DNA of 59,334 nt from an uncultured Gemmatimonadota bacterium. Its GTDB lineage: Bacteria; Gemmatimonadota; Gemmatimonadetes; Palauibacterales; KS3-K002. Numbering within the stretch: position 1 is the first letter of the stretch; every line of letters begins with the position of its first letter. Positions 26,264 to 35,735 of the stretch are shown in pieces. Both the position numbers and the translations under genes were made by a program. The stretch is from contig CAYGCC010000179.1 of NCBI GenBank assembly GCA_964348165.1, positions 1 to 59,334 of the forward strand, in the 5' to 3' direction. Below the pieces are notes generated by a model. That model was given only the letters and a program-made list of their open reading frames with translations. It did not search any database and had not been told where the DNA came from.

Positions 26264-27235
26264 TTGATCGACAAGCAGGTTAAGCCCGTCGTAGTGCTGA
26301 GCCGGTGCCTGGAGTTAGAGCCTGTTCGCTACAACGCCCAGGTGATCCCTTACGACTTCGTGCGCGAGCTGGAGCCCTGGGTGACGTTCGTCCCCGTCTG
26401 TCCAGAGCTGGAAATTGGCCTGGGGGTGCCTCGCGAGCCCGTCCGGATCGTCGCGGTCGCCGGTGAGGCGCGGCTGCTGCAGCCGGCGACGGACCGGGAC
26501 GTCACCGCTGAGATGCGAGATTTCGCCGAACGGTTCCTGGGTTCCCTGGACACGGTGGACGGCTTCATCCTCAAGAATCGATCGCCGTCCTGCGGCATCT
26601 CGGACGTGAAGCACTATCAAGGACTCGACAAGTCGGCATCGTCCACGCGTGGCGCCGGTCTATTTGGCAGGCGGGTGCTGGACCGCTACGGCGGGCTGGC
26701 GATCGAGGACGAGGGGCGCCTACGCAACTATCGGATTCGCGAGCATTTCCTCACCAAGCTCTTTAGCCTGGCCCGGTTCCGCATCCTCAAGAGGTCGGGA
26801 TCGTTAGGCGAGCTGGTTCGTTTTCACTCGGTGAACAAGTTTCTACTGATGGCCTACAACCAGAAAGAGATGCGCACGCTGGGGCGAATTGTTGCCAATC
26901 ACGAGAAGCGCCCCTTCGCCCGCCTGATCGACGAGTATGAGCAGCACTTCCAGGCGGCGCTGGGGCGGGCGCCTCGCTACACGTCGGTCGTCAACGTGCT
27001 GCAACACGCCTCGGGTTACTTTTCCGACCAGCTGTACGCCAGTGAGAAGGCTTTCTTCCAGAAGTCTCTTGAGCGCTACCGAAACGGGCGAACGCCGGTG
27101 AGCGCCGTAACCTCCATCCTCAGAGCCTGGATCGTCCGCTTCGATCAGGACTACTTGATGCCGCAGACGTTCTTCGACCCTTATCCGGAAGCTCTGATGA
27201 GCGTCAGTGATTCCGGCAAGGGAAGAGATCTCTGA
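26264..27235 (+). CDS. DUF523 (TudS-like) plus DUF1722 (YbgA-like) fusion protein
   Basis: TTG start with a GGAGGT 5 nt upstream. N-terminal half has the three DUF523 Cys (LSRCLE, PVCPELEIGLGVPREP, NRSPSCGI). C-terminal half is YbgA/DUF1722-like (HFLTKLF..LVRFHSVNKFLLMAYN). E. coli ybgA precedes phr. Confidence 0.83.
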   Translation: MIDKQVKPVVVLSRCLELEPVRYNAQVIPYDFVRELEPWVTFVPVCPELEIGLGVPREPVRIVAVAGEARLLQPATDRDVTAEMRDFAERFLGSLDTVDGFILKNRSPSCGISDVKHYQGLDKSASSTRGAGLFGRRVLDRYGGLAIEDEGRLRNYRIREHFLTKLFSLARFRILKRSGSLGELVRFHSVNKFLLMAYNQKEMRTLGRIVANHEKRPFARLIDEYEQHFQAALGRAPRYTSVVNVLQHASGYFSDQLYASEKAFFQKSLERYRNGRTPVSAVTSILRAWIVRFDQDYLMPQTFFDPYPEALMSVSDSGKGRDL

Positions 27236-27288
27236 TGGAAGTCGGATAGGGTCAGAGCGCCTTGAGTCTGCGGCCGCCAAGCGAGGGG

Positions 27289-28236
27289 TCATTTCAGCTT
27301 GGAAAGAGCGGCACGTAGATCACCCAGGTCGGAAAGCTCGATCGCTTCGATCTCGTCCAGAACCCTACGATAAGTGGGCGCGGCCGCACCCCCCGCCAGA
27401 ATCGGCACCGCCGGGGGCAGCTTGAGCCGCAGCTCGCGCAGCTCGTTCTCGAGATCGGCGTCCCCCTCCGGAAAGACGAGGCTGATGGCGACGGCCTCGG
27501 CACCCGTGTCACGGACCGCGGCCGCCAGATCGTCAGCCGGCAGGTTGGGGCCGAGATAAGTGACCCGCCACCCCTCCGCCGCCGCGATTACTGCGACAAA
27601 CAACGCACCGAACTCGTGCCTCTGACCGGCGGGTGTGGCCACCACTAGATTGGCAGCGACGCTGGGAGACTCCGTCGCCTCGAGCACCTTGCCCACGACA
27701 CGCAGGAGCAATGCCGACGTCAGGTGCTCGTGCGAAGGCCGCACGCCACCCTCGCTCCAGCGCTCGCCGACCGTCCGCATCAACGGAGCCGCGACCTGCT
27801 CGATCAGAACCTGAGCACTGAGGACGGCCATGGCGCGGTTGAGCACCCGTTCGAGTTCGCGGCCGTCGAGGCGCTCCGCCGCGGCCAGCGCCGCCTTGAG
27901 GTGCATCTCGGCCGCCTCGGCATCGTCCCCCAGTGCCTGGGGTCCAACCACGGCCTCTTCGCGCTCATCCTCGTGCACTAGCGCCGCGAGCTCTTTGCTA
28001 CCCAGAGTCGCGATCTGGCTGATGCGACGGCCGGCGCGGCTGGCGCGGCGCAGCAGACGCAGCCGCTCGATATCATCGTCCGAGTAAAGGCGCCGCCCGC
28101 CTTCCGAGCGACCGGGCTCGACGACCGAATACCGCTTCTCCCAGGCGCGCAAGACGTCGGCGCTGAGGCCGGTTCGGCGGGCGACGACCTGGATCGGGTG
28201 GCGCTTGCGGCTGCTGTCGAACTTGTCTGTCATCAT
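27289..28236 (-). CDS. CarH/LitR family MerR regulator with B12-binding domain (putative AdoCbl photoreceptor)
   Basis: Start trimmed to ATG 28236. MerR HTH IQVVARRTGLSADVLRAWEKRYSVVEPGRSEGGRRLYSDDDIERL. W-x9-E-H motif (WSEGGVRPSHEH). B12 His-loop VVATPAGQRHEFGALFV plus a Rossmann part. Confidence 0.88.
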   Translation of the reverse strand: MMTDKFDSSRKRHPIQVVARRTGLSADVLRAWEKRYSVVEPGRSEGGRRLYSDDDIERLRLLRRASRAGRRISQIATLGSKELAALVHEDEREEAVVGPQALGDDAEAAEMHLKAALAAAERLDGRELERVLNRAMAVLSAQVLIEQVAAPLMRTVGERWSEGGVRPSHEHLTSALLLRVVGKVLEATESPSVAANLVVATPAGQRHEFGALFVAVIAAAEGWRVTYLGPNLPADDLAAAVRDTGAEAVAISLVFPEGDADLENELRELRLKLPPAVPILAGGAAAPTYRRVLDEIEAIELSDLGDLRAALSKLK

Positions 28237-28248
28237 TTGTCGAACCGA

Positions 28249-28278
28249 AGTGTAGCACAAACGCGCGACAGGCGTCAA
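28249..28278 (-). promoter_or_regulatory. candidate promoter of the CarH/LitR gene giving a near-leaderless mRNA
   Basis: Minus strand reads TTGACG(28278-28273)-N18-TACACT(28254-28249). Only 12 nt lie between the -10 and ATG 28236, and there is no Shine-Dalgarno. Confidence 0.5.
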
Positions 28279-28452
28279 CCCTGCACGGCGCACCGGCCCC
28301 GCCCCAGCGATTTAGGGTGAAAACAGGGGGGAGCCGGTGACAAGCTCGCTCTCCCCGCAAGTGTTATCTTCGGGTGCTTCCCGAGCGTGCGCGCTCGATT
28401 CGGCGCTTGAAGAGGGTCGGTGCGCGAGCTGTCGGCCCCAAAGGAGGAGACG

Positions 28453-29883
<1,431 letters not shown>

Positions 29884-30030
29884 TGAGCCTAACGGCGCTG
29901 GCTGGCGGCGGCGGCCGGGGCTAGAATCACCTGGTCCAGTCGCCGGGTTGGCGGCTCCAGGCCAACGTCACGGTCGTCACCGTAACCCGAATGGTGCACT
30001 AGCGACCCAGCAAACGACGGGAGGAATCGC

Positions 30031-30963
30031 ATGGGGATCGCCCGGGAGATCCTGCTGCGCGGATCGCGGAGCGAATGGCTCGCCGGCCAGCTCACGCGTC
30101 GTAAGTTCACGCGCAGCGCGGTCGAGCGGTTCATGCCGGGTAAGGACACGACGGCTGCGCTCGACGCGACCGAGTCGCTCCGCCACCACGGGATCGGCAC
30201 GATCCTGACCCTGCTGGGCGAGAACATATCGCAAAGCGAACAAGCCGACGGCGTGACTCAGCACTACCTGGACGTGCTCAACCGCGTTCAGGACCTCTCA
30301 CTCGATACCGACATCTCGATCAAGCCGACTCAGCTGGGGCTCGACCTCGACTTCGATCAAACCCTGTGCCGCTATCAAACCCTTGTTTCCCGCGCGGCGG
30401 GGCTTGGCCGGCTGGTCGCCATCGACATGGAAGACAGCTCTTACGTCGACCGAACGATTGAGCTCTACAAACGTCTGCGAGCCGACCACAACAACGTGGT
30501 GCTTTGTCTCCAGGCCTACCTCTATCGGACGGCCGCTGACCTCGCCACGCTCCTGCCACTCGCGCCCGCGATTCGGCTGGTCAAAGGTGCGTACAACGAG
30601 CCCCACAACCTGGCCTACCGGCGGAAGAAAGGTGTGGATGCCAGCTTCCTTCGCCTCGCCGACGTCTTGATCCAGGAGTCCGCCCGCGGCAGCGGCGTGC
30701 GGGCATTTTTCGGGACCCACGACCCACGCATGGTCTCCGCCGTTTGCCGCCGCGCTGAAGCGCTCGGGCTGCCCAAAGACTCTTACGAGTTCCAGATGCT
30801 CTATGGCATTCAGCGCGAGGCTCAAACCCGCCTCGCCAGCGACGGCTATCAGATGCGTGTCCTGATCAGCTACGGAGACTCCTGGTTCCCCTGGTTCATG
30901 AGGCGGCTCGCCGAGCGGCCGGCCAACGTGTTGTTCGTCGTTCGTAATCTGGTGCACAGCTGA
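30031..30963 (+). CDS. proline dehydrogenase family protein (monofunctional)
   Basis: 310-aa ORF with GGGAGG upstream. IKPTQLGLDL, AIDMEDSSYVDRT, LQAYLYRT, IRLVKGAYNEP, FGTHDPRMV and EFQMLYGI match the PutA ProDH barrel. Confidence 0.85.
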   Translation: MGIAREILLRGSRSEWLAGQLTRRKFTRSAVERFMPGKDTTAALDATESLRHHGIGTILTLLGENISQSEQADGVTQHYLDVLNRVQDLSLDTDISIKPTQLGLDLDFDQTLCRYQTLVSRAAGLGRLVAIDMEDSSYVDRTIELYKRLRADHNNVVLCLQAYLYRTAADLATLLPLAPAIRLVKGAYNEPHNLAYRRKKGVDASFLRLADVLIQESARGSGVRAFFGTHDPRMVSAVCRRAEALGLPKDSYEFQMLYGIQREAQTRLASDGYQMRVLISYGDSWFPWFMRRLAERPANVLFVVRNLVHS

Positions 30964-31038
30964 GGCCCGCCCCAGTCACGACATGCTCAATTGATGATCG
31001 TCGCTCTCGGTGCGCGGCTGCCTCGAGACCATCGCCCC

Positions 31039-31144
31039 GTTACCGTTCCCATACCGGTTACCTAATGGTAACATACCCCGGGCCCCGCGCGATCGGTCCT
31101 ATCCCGCTTTCTCAGTCTAACTGACCTATTAACAACACGTTACC
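31039..31144. repeat. cluster of four GTTACC hexamers (including GTTACC-TAAT-GGTAAC palindrome) plus TCAGT-cta-ACTGA palindrome
   Basis: GTTACC occurs at 31039, 31057 and 31139, and GGTAAC at 31067. The palindrome spans 31057-31072. A second palindrome lies at 31112-31124. All are in a non-coding stretch upstream of the small ORF at 31229. Confidence 0.8.
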
Positions 31145-31228
31145 GCCTCCGCCCCCGGCTGGTACGGCCCGTGCACGAGTAATCTGGCGCAGTTGACGCC
31201 CCCCGTCCGCTGCTTGTGAGAGGCGACG

Positions 31229-31423
31229 ATGGCCCAAGATCGATTGATGTTCTGCCCCCACTGCCACAACGTCAGCGACTGTGTCTGGCCCGGGTTCGGA
31301 AGAGACTGGGTGCTCTGTCACCACTGTCAGCGCCGGGTCCGCTGGACCGAGGTGGAAACTCGTTATCTGCTGCGGGATGAAGGTGAAGAGCGGCAGGTAG
31401 AACTGAACGCCGGCTACCACTAA
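31229..31423 (+). CDS. hypothetical small zinc-ribbon protein (CxxC...CxxC)
   Basis: 64-aa ORF with a GAGAGG 6 nt upstream and high GC3. CPHC and CHHC pairs are spaced 20 residues apart. No family recognised. Confidence 0.45.
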   Translation: MAQDRLMFCPHCHNVSDCVWPGFGRDWVLCHHCQRRVRWTEVETRYLLRDEGEERQVELNAGYH

Positions 31424-31438
31424 CTGCCGCTGACGACG

Positions 31439-31774
31439 ATGAAGCGGGAACAGTTCCTGGAGCTTCTGGCACGAACCCCGCGGGATTGGCGTTTGTCGGC
31501 GGGAAAGATTCGCCGTGGAACGCGCACCGACCCCGATTGCCCGCTTACGGCGGTCGCGCGTCAGTTGAAACCAAGCCAGAACACTCCAACGTCTCAGCCG
31601 GCGGCGGGGCTGGCGCTCAGCCCGGACCTTGTCAACGAGATCCTTGCGGCGTCAGACAACCTTGATCGGGCCGACCCGTTGCTGCGGGCCAGCCTGCTAG
31701 AAGCCTGCGGTCTGTTGACCCGACGCGCCGGCGTCGCTCAGAAGCTGGCGGGTACGGAGCCGTCCAGCCGCTAA
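31439..31774 (+). CDS. hypothetical protein
   Basis: 111-aa ORF starting 15 nt after the previous stop. Codon bias is compatible with coding. There is no recognisable domain and only a weak RBS. Confidence 0.4.
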   Translation: MKREQFLELLARTPRDWRLSAGKIRRGTRTDPDCPLTAVARQLKPSQNTPTSQPAAGLALSPDLVNEILAASDNLDRADPLLRASLLEACGLLTRRAGVAQKLAGTEPSSR

Positions 31775-32022
31775 CGCGGCCCGCCCGAGCGTGGCGCATC
31801 TCTCAGACGAGCGCGCCGGGCTACAGCCAACTTAATCTCCCCGTCCTCCACCTCTCGCCGCTCGCCGAACGGCACCAACCAGCCTCAGCCTGAAACCAGG
31901 CGACCATCGCCACGCGTACGGAACATAGAAGTCATCGGCAGCGGCAAAGGTCCGGGCGCAACCTTATGCCGAGCATCACGATCGAAGAGAGCTGAAAGGA
32001 AGACATTTCAGCCTCACGAGTC

Positions 32023-34374
32023 ATGAGAACCCGTATGTCGTCTGCTCCTTTTGTTCGGCGGCCCGCCATGACCGCACAGATGTCCTCGTTGCTCGCCCTG
32101 CTGACCCTGTCGCAACCACTTCTCCTTTTTGGCGCCGAGCGGCATCGGCTCCGGGGCCAGACAAACGATCACCAGACGGAAGAGAGCGGCGAGGCGGAGT
32201 TTCGGCCTAACGAAAAACCGACCCTCGTAATCCGTCGCGCGTCCGGGCCGATCGCGCTGGACGGTGAGCTGGACGATGCCGGGTGGGTCGGCGCCGCCCG
32301 CGCTACCAATTTCTCGGAGCACTGGCCGCGCGAGAGAGCTCGGCCGCCGGTGGAGAGCGAGGTATGGGTGACGTACGACCAGGACAACTTCTACCTGGCG
32401 TTCATCGCTTACGACGACCCCAGCACCATTCGCGCATCGCTCCGCGACCGCGATGAGATGTGGAGCGACGACTACTTTGGGATCTTGCTCGACACGTACG
32501 GCGACGCCTCCTGGGCGTACTTCCTGTTCGCCAACCCTCTGGGTGTTCAGGGCGACTCGCGCTTCTCGACCAACGGCGGTGAGGACGATGGCTTTGACAT
32601 CATCTTCTATTCAGAGGCTCAGATCACCGATCAGGGTTACCAGATCGAGATGGCCATCCCCTTCAAGAGCCTGCGCTTCCCGAACCGCCAGACGCATTCC
32701 TGGCGCGCGACGTTCTGGCGTACCCGCCCGCGGGCCAGTCGCGCCCAGCATACCTGGGCCGCGATGAACCGCGACGACCCTTGCTTCCTGTGCCAATTCG
32801 GGACCCTCACGGGCATCAGCGACGTGAAACCGGGCGGTGCGCTCGAGCTGCTGCCAGCGGTGATCGCGAATCAGACCGGTCAGTTGCGAGATCCCGATGC
32901 TCCGACTTCAGGCCTGCGTAACAGCAGCCTCGGGGGCGAGCTGGCGTTGAGCGTGCGCTATCCATTCTCGTCGGGTCTCACGGCCGAGGCGACGCTGAAC
33001 CCCGACTTCAGTCAGATCGAGTCAGACGTGGCCCAGATCGACGTCAACACGACTTTCGCGCTCTTCTTTCCCGAGCGGCGGCCGTTCTTCCTCGAAGGCA
33101 GCGACCTCTTCGATAGCTACTTCAACGTTTTGTACACCCGACAAATCAACGACCCGCAGGTGGCCGGCAAGTTCATTGGCCGGCTGGGGCGGGCCAGCTT
33201 CGCCTACCTGGGAGCGGTAGACGAAAACTCTCCGCTTATCCTGCCGTTCGAGGAGCAGAGCTTCGTGGGTCAGGCGGGCACGAGCATCAGCAACATCGCG
33301 CGTGTAAGGCAGACGTTCCTCAGACAGTCGTACGTCGGCGCGATCGTGACCGACCGGCGTATGCAGCATAGCGGGGGCTCCGGCACGGCCGCCGGCATCG
33401 ACGGGCGCCTGCGTTTCCTCGAGAAGTACAGCTTCGAGTTCCAGGCGCTGGCGAGCCACACGCAGGAACCGGACAACCCGAGCCTCACTGAAGACGTAAA
33501 CGGACTGACGTTCGATCGGGGGAAACACACCGCCGCCTTCGACGGGGAGTCGTTCTGGGGACACGGGATGTACGCGAGCCTGGAGCGTGACGCGCGTTTC
33601 TGGAGCTTCGACTTCGACTATTGGGCCTCCAGCCCGACTTTCCGAGCCGATAACGGCTTCGAGTTCCGAAACGACTTCAGGCGTGTCTCGATGTGGCAAG
33701 GTTTGTTCCTCTATATGGACACCAATCTGCTCGACCGCATACTTCCGAACATCTACACGCAGCGGAGCTGGAACTTCGACGGCGTTCGCAAGAACGACTT
33801 CATCGCGCCCTCGCTCGAGTTCAGCCTCAAGGGCGACTCCTACATCGACATCGAGTATCAGTGGGAGCGCGAGCGCTTCGCCGACATCGACTTCACAGGT
33901 CTGCGTCGCCTGTTCCTATTCGCGAGAACCAACATCATCGATGCAATCCGGCCCGGATTCTGGGTGTCCCACGGCCGGCGCATCGCGCGCTTCACCGATC
34001 CACCGGTCAAGGGCGACGGGACGAACGCCGAGGCCTGGGTTACCCTAAAGCCGCTGACTCGCCTGGTCATCGAGCCTGCGCTGCAATACTCACAGCTGAG
34101 CGACGTGGCCGGCGGCGAGCTGTTCGAGGGCTTCATCCTGCGGACGCGGACGGCGTTTCAGTTCAACCGGGAGCTTTTCCTGAGGCTGGTTGTGCAGTAC
34201 GACAACTTCTCCGAGGGTGTCACGATCGAGCCGTTGCTGACCTATAAAATCAACCCGTTCACGCTCTTCTATGTCGGCTCGACTCACGGCTTCCAGGACT
34301 ACGACAACCCGGACGACTTCGCACAGACGTCCCGGCAGTTCTTCGCGAAGTTCCAGTACCTCTTCCGGGGCTGA
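32023..34374 (+). CDS. CBM9-like / DUF5916 domain protein (predicted secreted, beta-rich)
   Basis: 783-aa ORF. After an N-terminal hydrophobic segment it has IALDGELDDAGWVGAARATNF..VWVTYDQDNFYLAF..GYQIEMAIPFKSLRF (CBM9/DOMON-like). A long beta-rich C-terminal part resembles DUF5916. Family assignment is from memory. Confidence 0.7.
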   Translation: MRTRMSSAPFVRRPAMTAQMSSLLALLTLSQPLLLFGAERHRLRGQTNDHQTEESGEAEFRPNEKPTLVIRRASGPIALDGELDDAGWVGAARATNFSEHWPRERARPPVESEVWVTYDQDNFYLAFIAYDDPSTIRASLRDRDEMWSDDYFGILLDTYGDASWAYFLFANPLGVQGDSRFSTNGGEDDGFDIIFYSEAQITDQGYQIEMAIPFKSLRFPNRQTHSWRATFWRTRPRASRAQHTWAAMNRDDPCFLCQFGTLTGISDVKPGGALELLPAVIANQTGQLRDPDAPTSGLRNSSLGGELALSVRYPFSSGLTAEATLNPDFSQIESDVAQIDVNTTFALFFPERRPFFLEGSDLFDSYFNVLYTRQINDPQVAGKFIGRLGRASFAYLGAVDENSPLILPFEEQSFVGQAGTSISNIARVRQTFLRQSYVGAIVTDRRMQHSGGSGTAAGIDGRLRFLEKYSFEFQALASHTQEPDNPSLTEDVNGLTFDRGKHTAAFDGESFWGHGMYASLERDARFWSFDFDYWASSPTFRADNGFEFRNDFRRVSMWQGLFLYMDTNLLDRILPNIYTQRSWNFDGVRKNDFIAPSLEFSLKGDSYIDIEYQWERERFADIDFTGLRRLFLFARTNIIDAIRPGFWVSHGRRIARFTDPPVKGDGTNAEAWVTLKPLTRLVIEPALQYSQLSDVAGGELFEGFILRTRTAFQFNRELFLRLVVQYDNFSEGVTIEPLLTYKINPFTLFYVGSTHGFQDYDNPDDFAQTSRQFFAKFQYLFRG

Positions 34375-34416
34375 GGCGACCGCGGGAGGTGGCGCCCGCA
34401 GCCGACTCGAGCCGTC

Positions 34417-35348
34417 TTACGTGAGGGCGGCGACTATTCTCTCTCCGTGAAAGCGGCCGTTCTCGATGAAGAGCTTGTTGGCATCAAAGCCGGCCGCCAA
34501 CACGCCGGCGATGAACCCGGCACGTTCGTCTCCATCGTCTCCGCATCGTGCCGCGGCACGCCGTCCGGCTCGCCTCGCAGCGTCACATGACCTGAATCGA
34601 TCTCCGTGACTCGCGTCCGGAAGCGGGCGGCGATGGAGCCCTCACGAACGCGATTCTCAATGTCGGGGCGCACCCACGGCTTCACCCCCGGATCGAAGTT
34701 CTCCAGAAAGTGCACCAGCGTGACACGGGCGCCGGCGCGCCAGAGGTCGAGCGCGGCCTCGACGGCCGAGTTACCGCCACCGACGACCAGACAATCCTGA
34801 TCGAAATAACGGTGAGCTTCCCGGAAGTAGTGAGTCACTTTCGAAAGATCCTCCCTGTTTACACCCAGCAGGTTAAGGGTGTCGAAGTAACCGGTCGCCA
34901 CCACAACGTATTTCGCTCGGTAGACCGATTCTTTTCCAACCCCGGTACGGGTCGAGACGCTGAAGTCGTTTGGGGCACCTTCGACCCCCGTGACCTCCTC
35001 GTATTGGCGCACCGGCAGCCGAAAGTGCTGAGCCACCCGACGGTAGTACGTGAGGGCCTCGGCTCGTGAGGGCTTGTCGCGCGCGCAGACGAACGGAACG
35101 CCGCCCACCTCCAGGTTTTCCGGGGTGCTGAAGAACGTCATGCCGATCGGATAGCCCACGATGGCGTTGACGATGCAGCCCCGATCGAAGACCACGCTGC
35201 GCAATCCGGCCCTGGACGCTGCCACCCCAACCGCCAGACCGCAGGGGCCGGCGCCGACGATGGCGAGATCGAGTGTGTGATTACGGATATCGTCCACTTC
35301 ATTCCGAGTTAGGCGTGCATTTCGGCGTGCATTTCGGCGATCCTTCAC
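34417..35348 (-). pseudogene. ypdA-like (bacillithiol-disulfide-reductase family) flavoprotein with internal deletion and frameshift
   Basis: LDLAIVGAGPCGLAVG, MTFFSTPENLE and LVVGGGNSAVEAALDL are YpdA/TrxR-like. About 30 codons are missing between VTLRGE and PDGVPRHDAETMETNVPG. The conserved C-terminus FIAGVLAAGFDANKLFIENGRFHGERIVAALT is only readable after a 1-nt shift near 34513-34522. Confidence 0.68.
35312..35335. repeat. perfect 12-bp tandem duplication (GGCGTGCATTTC x2)
   Basis: Read directly from the sequence. It encodes the RRNARRNA stretch in the N-terminal extension or 5' region of the ypdA-like gene. Confidence 0.9.
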
Positions 35349-35432
35349 GACGATCGAGCGCGCTCAGACGCCTGGCGGCCTAGGCGCCGGCATCGGGATG
35401 GCGGCGCGATCAAAGGTGAAGTAAGCCAGTGA

Positions 35433-35735
35433 TCAGACGCCCGTGTCGAGTGCCACCTCGTGTATCTCGAGCTGGGCGTGACCTTTGAACATCTCTTTGG
35501 GAGGAACTCGGCTGTGCGCCTCTTTGAAGGCCGCGCTTTTTGTCCAGCCGCGAAAGTTCTCCTCGCTATCCCAGAAAGTCAGCACGATGAAGGTGTCCCC
35601 TTTGATCGGCCGGAGCACCATGTTGCGTATGAAACCCGGCTGCCGATCCACCAACGCTTTGCGAGTTCGGAAGCGATCGATAAACGCTTCCTCCTGGCCT
35701 TCCGCCACCGGCACTCGATTCTGAACGATGATCAA
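35433..35735 (-). CDS. antibiotic biosynthesis monooxygenase (ABM) / IsdG-HmoA-like protein
   Basis: 100-aa ORF. The ferredoxin-like ABM pattern FIDRFRTR..QPGFIRNMVLRP..FIVLTFWDSEENFRGWTKSAAFKEAH is present. Its ATG overlaps the upstream stop (ATGA). Confidence 0.8.
   Translation of the reverse strand: MIIVQNRVPVAEGQEEAFIDRFRTRKALVDRQPGFIRNMVLRPIKGDTFIVLTFWDSEENFRGWTKSAAFKEAHSRVPPKEMFKGHAQLEIHEVALDTGV

Noticed and set aside
28294-28452. Possible cobalamin riboswitch in the 5' region of the MBL-rhodanese gene, considered because of the neighbouring B12-binding regulator and a GGTGAAAACAGGGG string
   Set aside because: I could not find the B12-box-like core or the expected multi-stem arrangement by eye. 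The resemblance is limited to a few bases. A covariance-model scan (Rfam RF00174) would be needed to revive the idea.
31112-31472. Minus-strand ORFs 31112-31420 (102 aa) and 31272-31472 (66 aa) opposite the small zinc-ribbon ORF
   Set aside because: They have no RBS and no motifs. The plus-strand ORF has a GAGAGG RBS, paired CxxC motifs and better third-position GC bias. Confidence in the plus-strand ORFs is only moderate, however.
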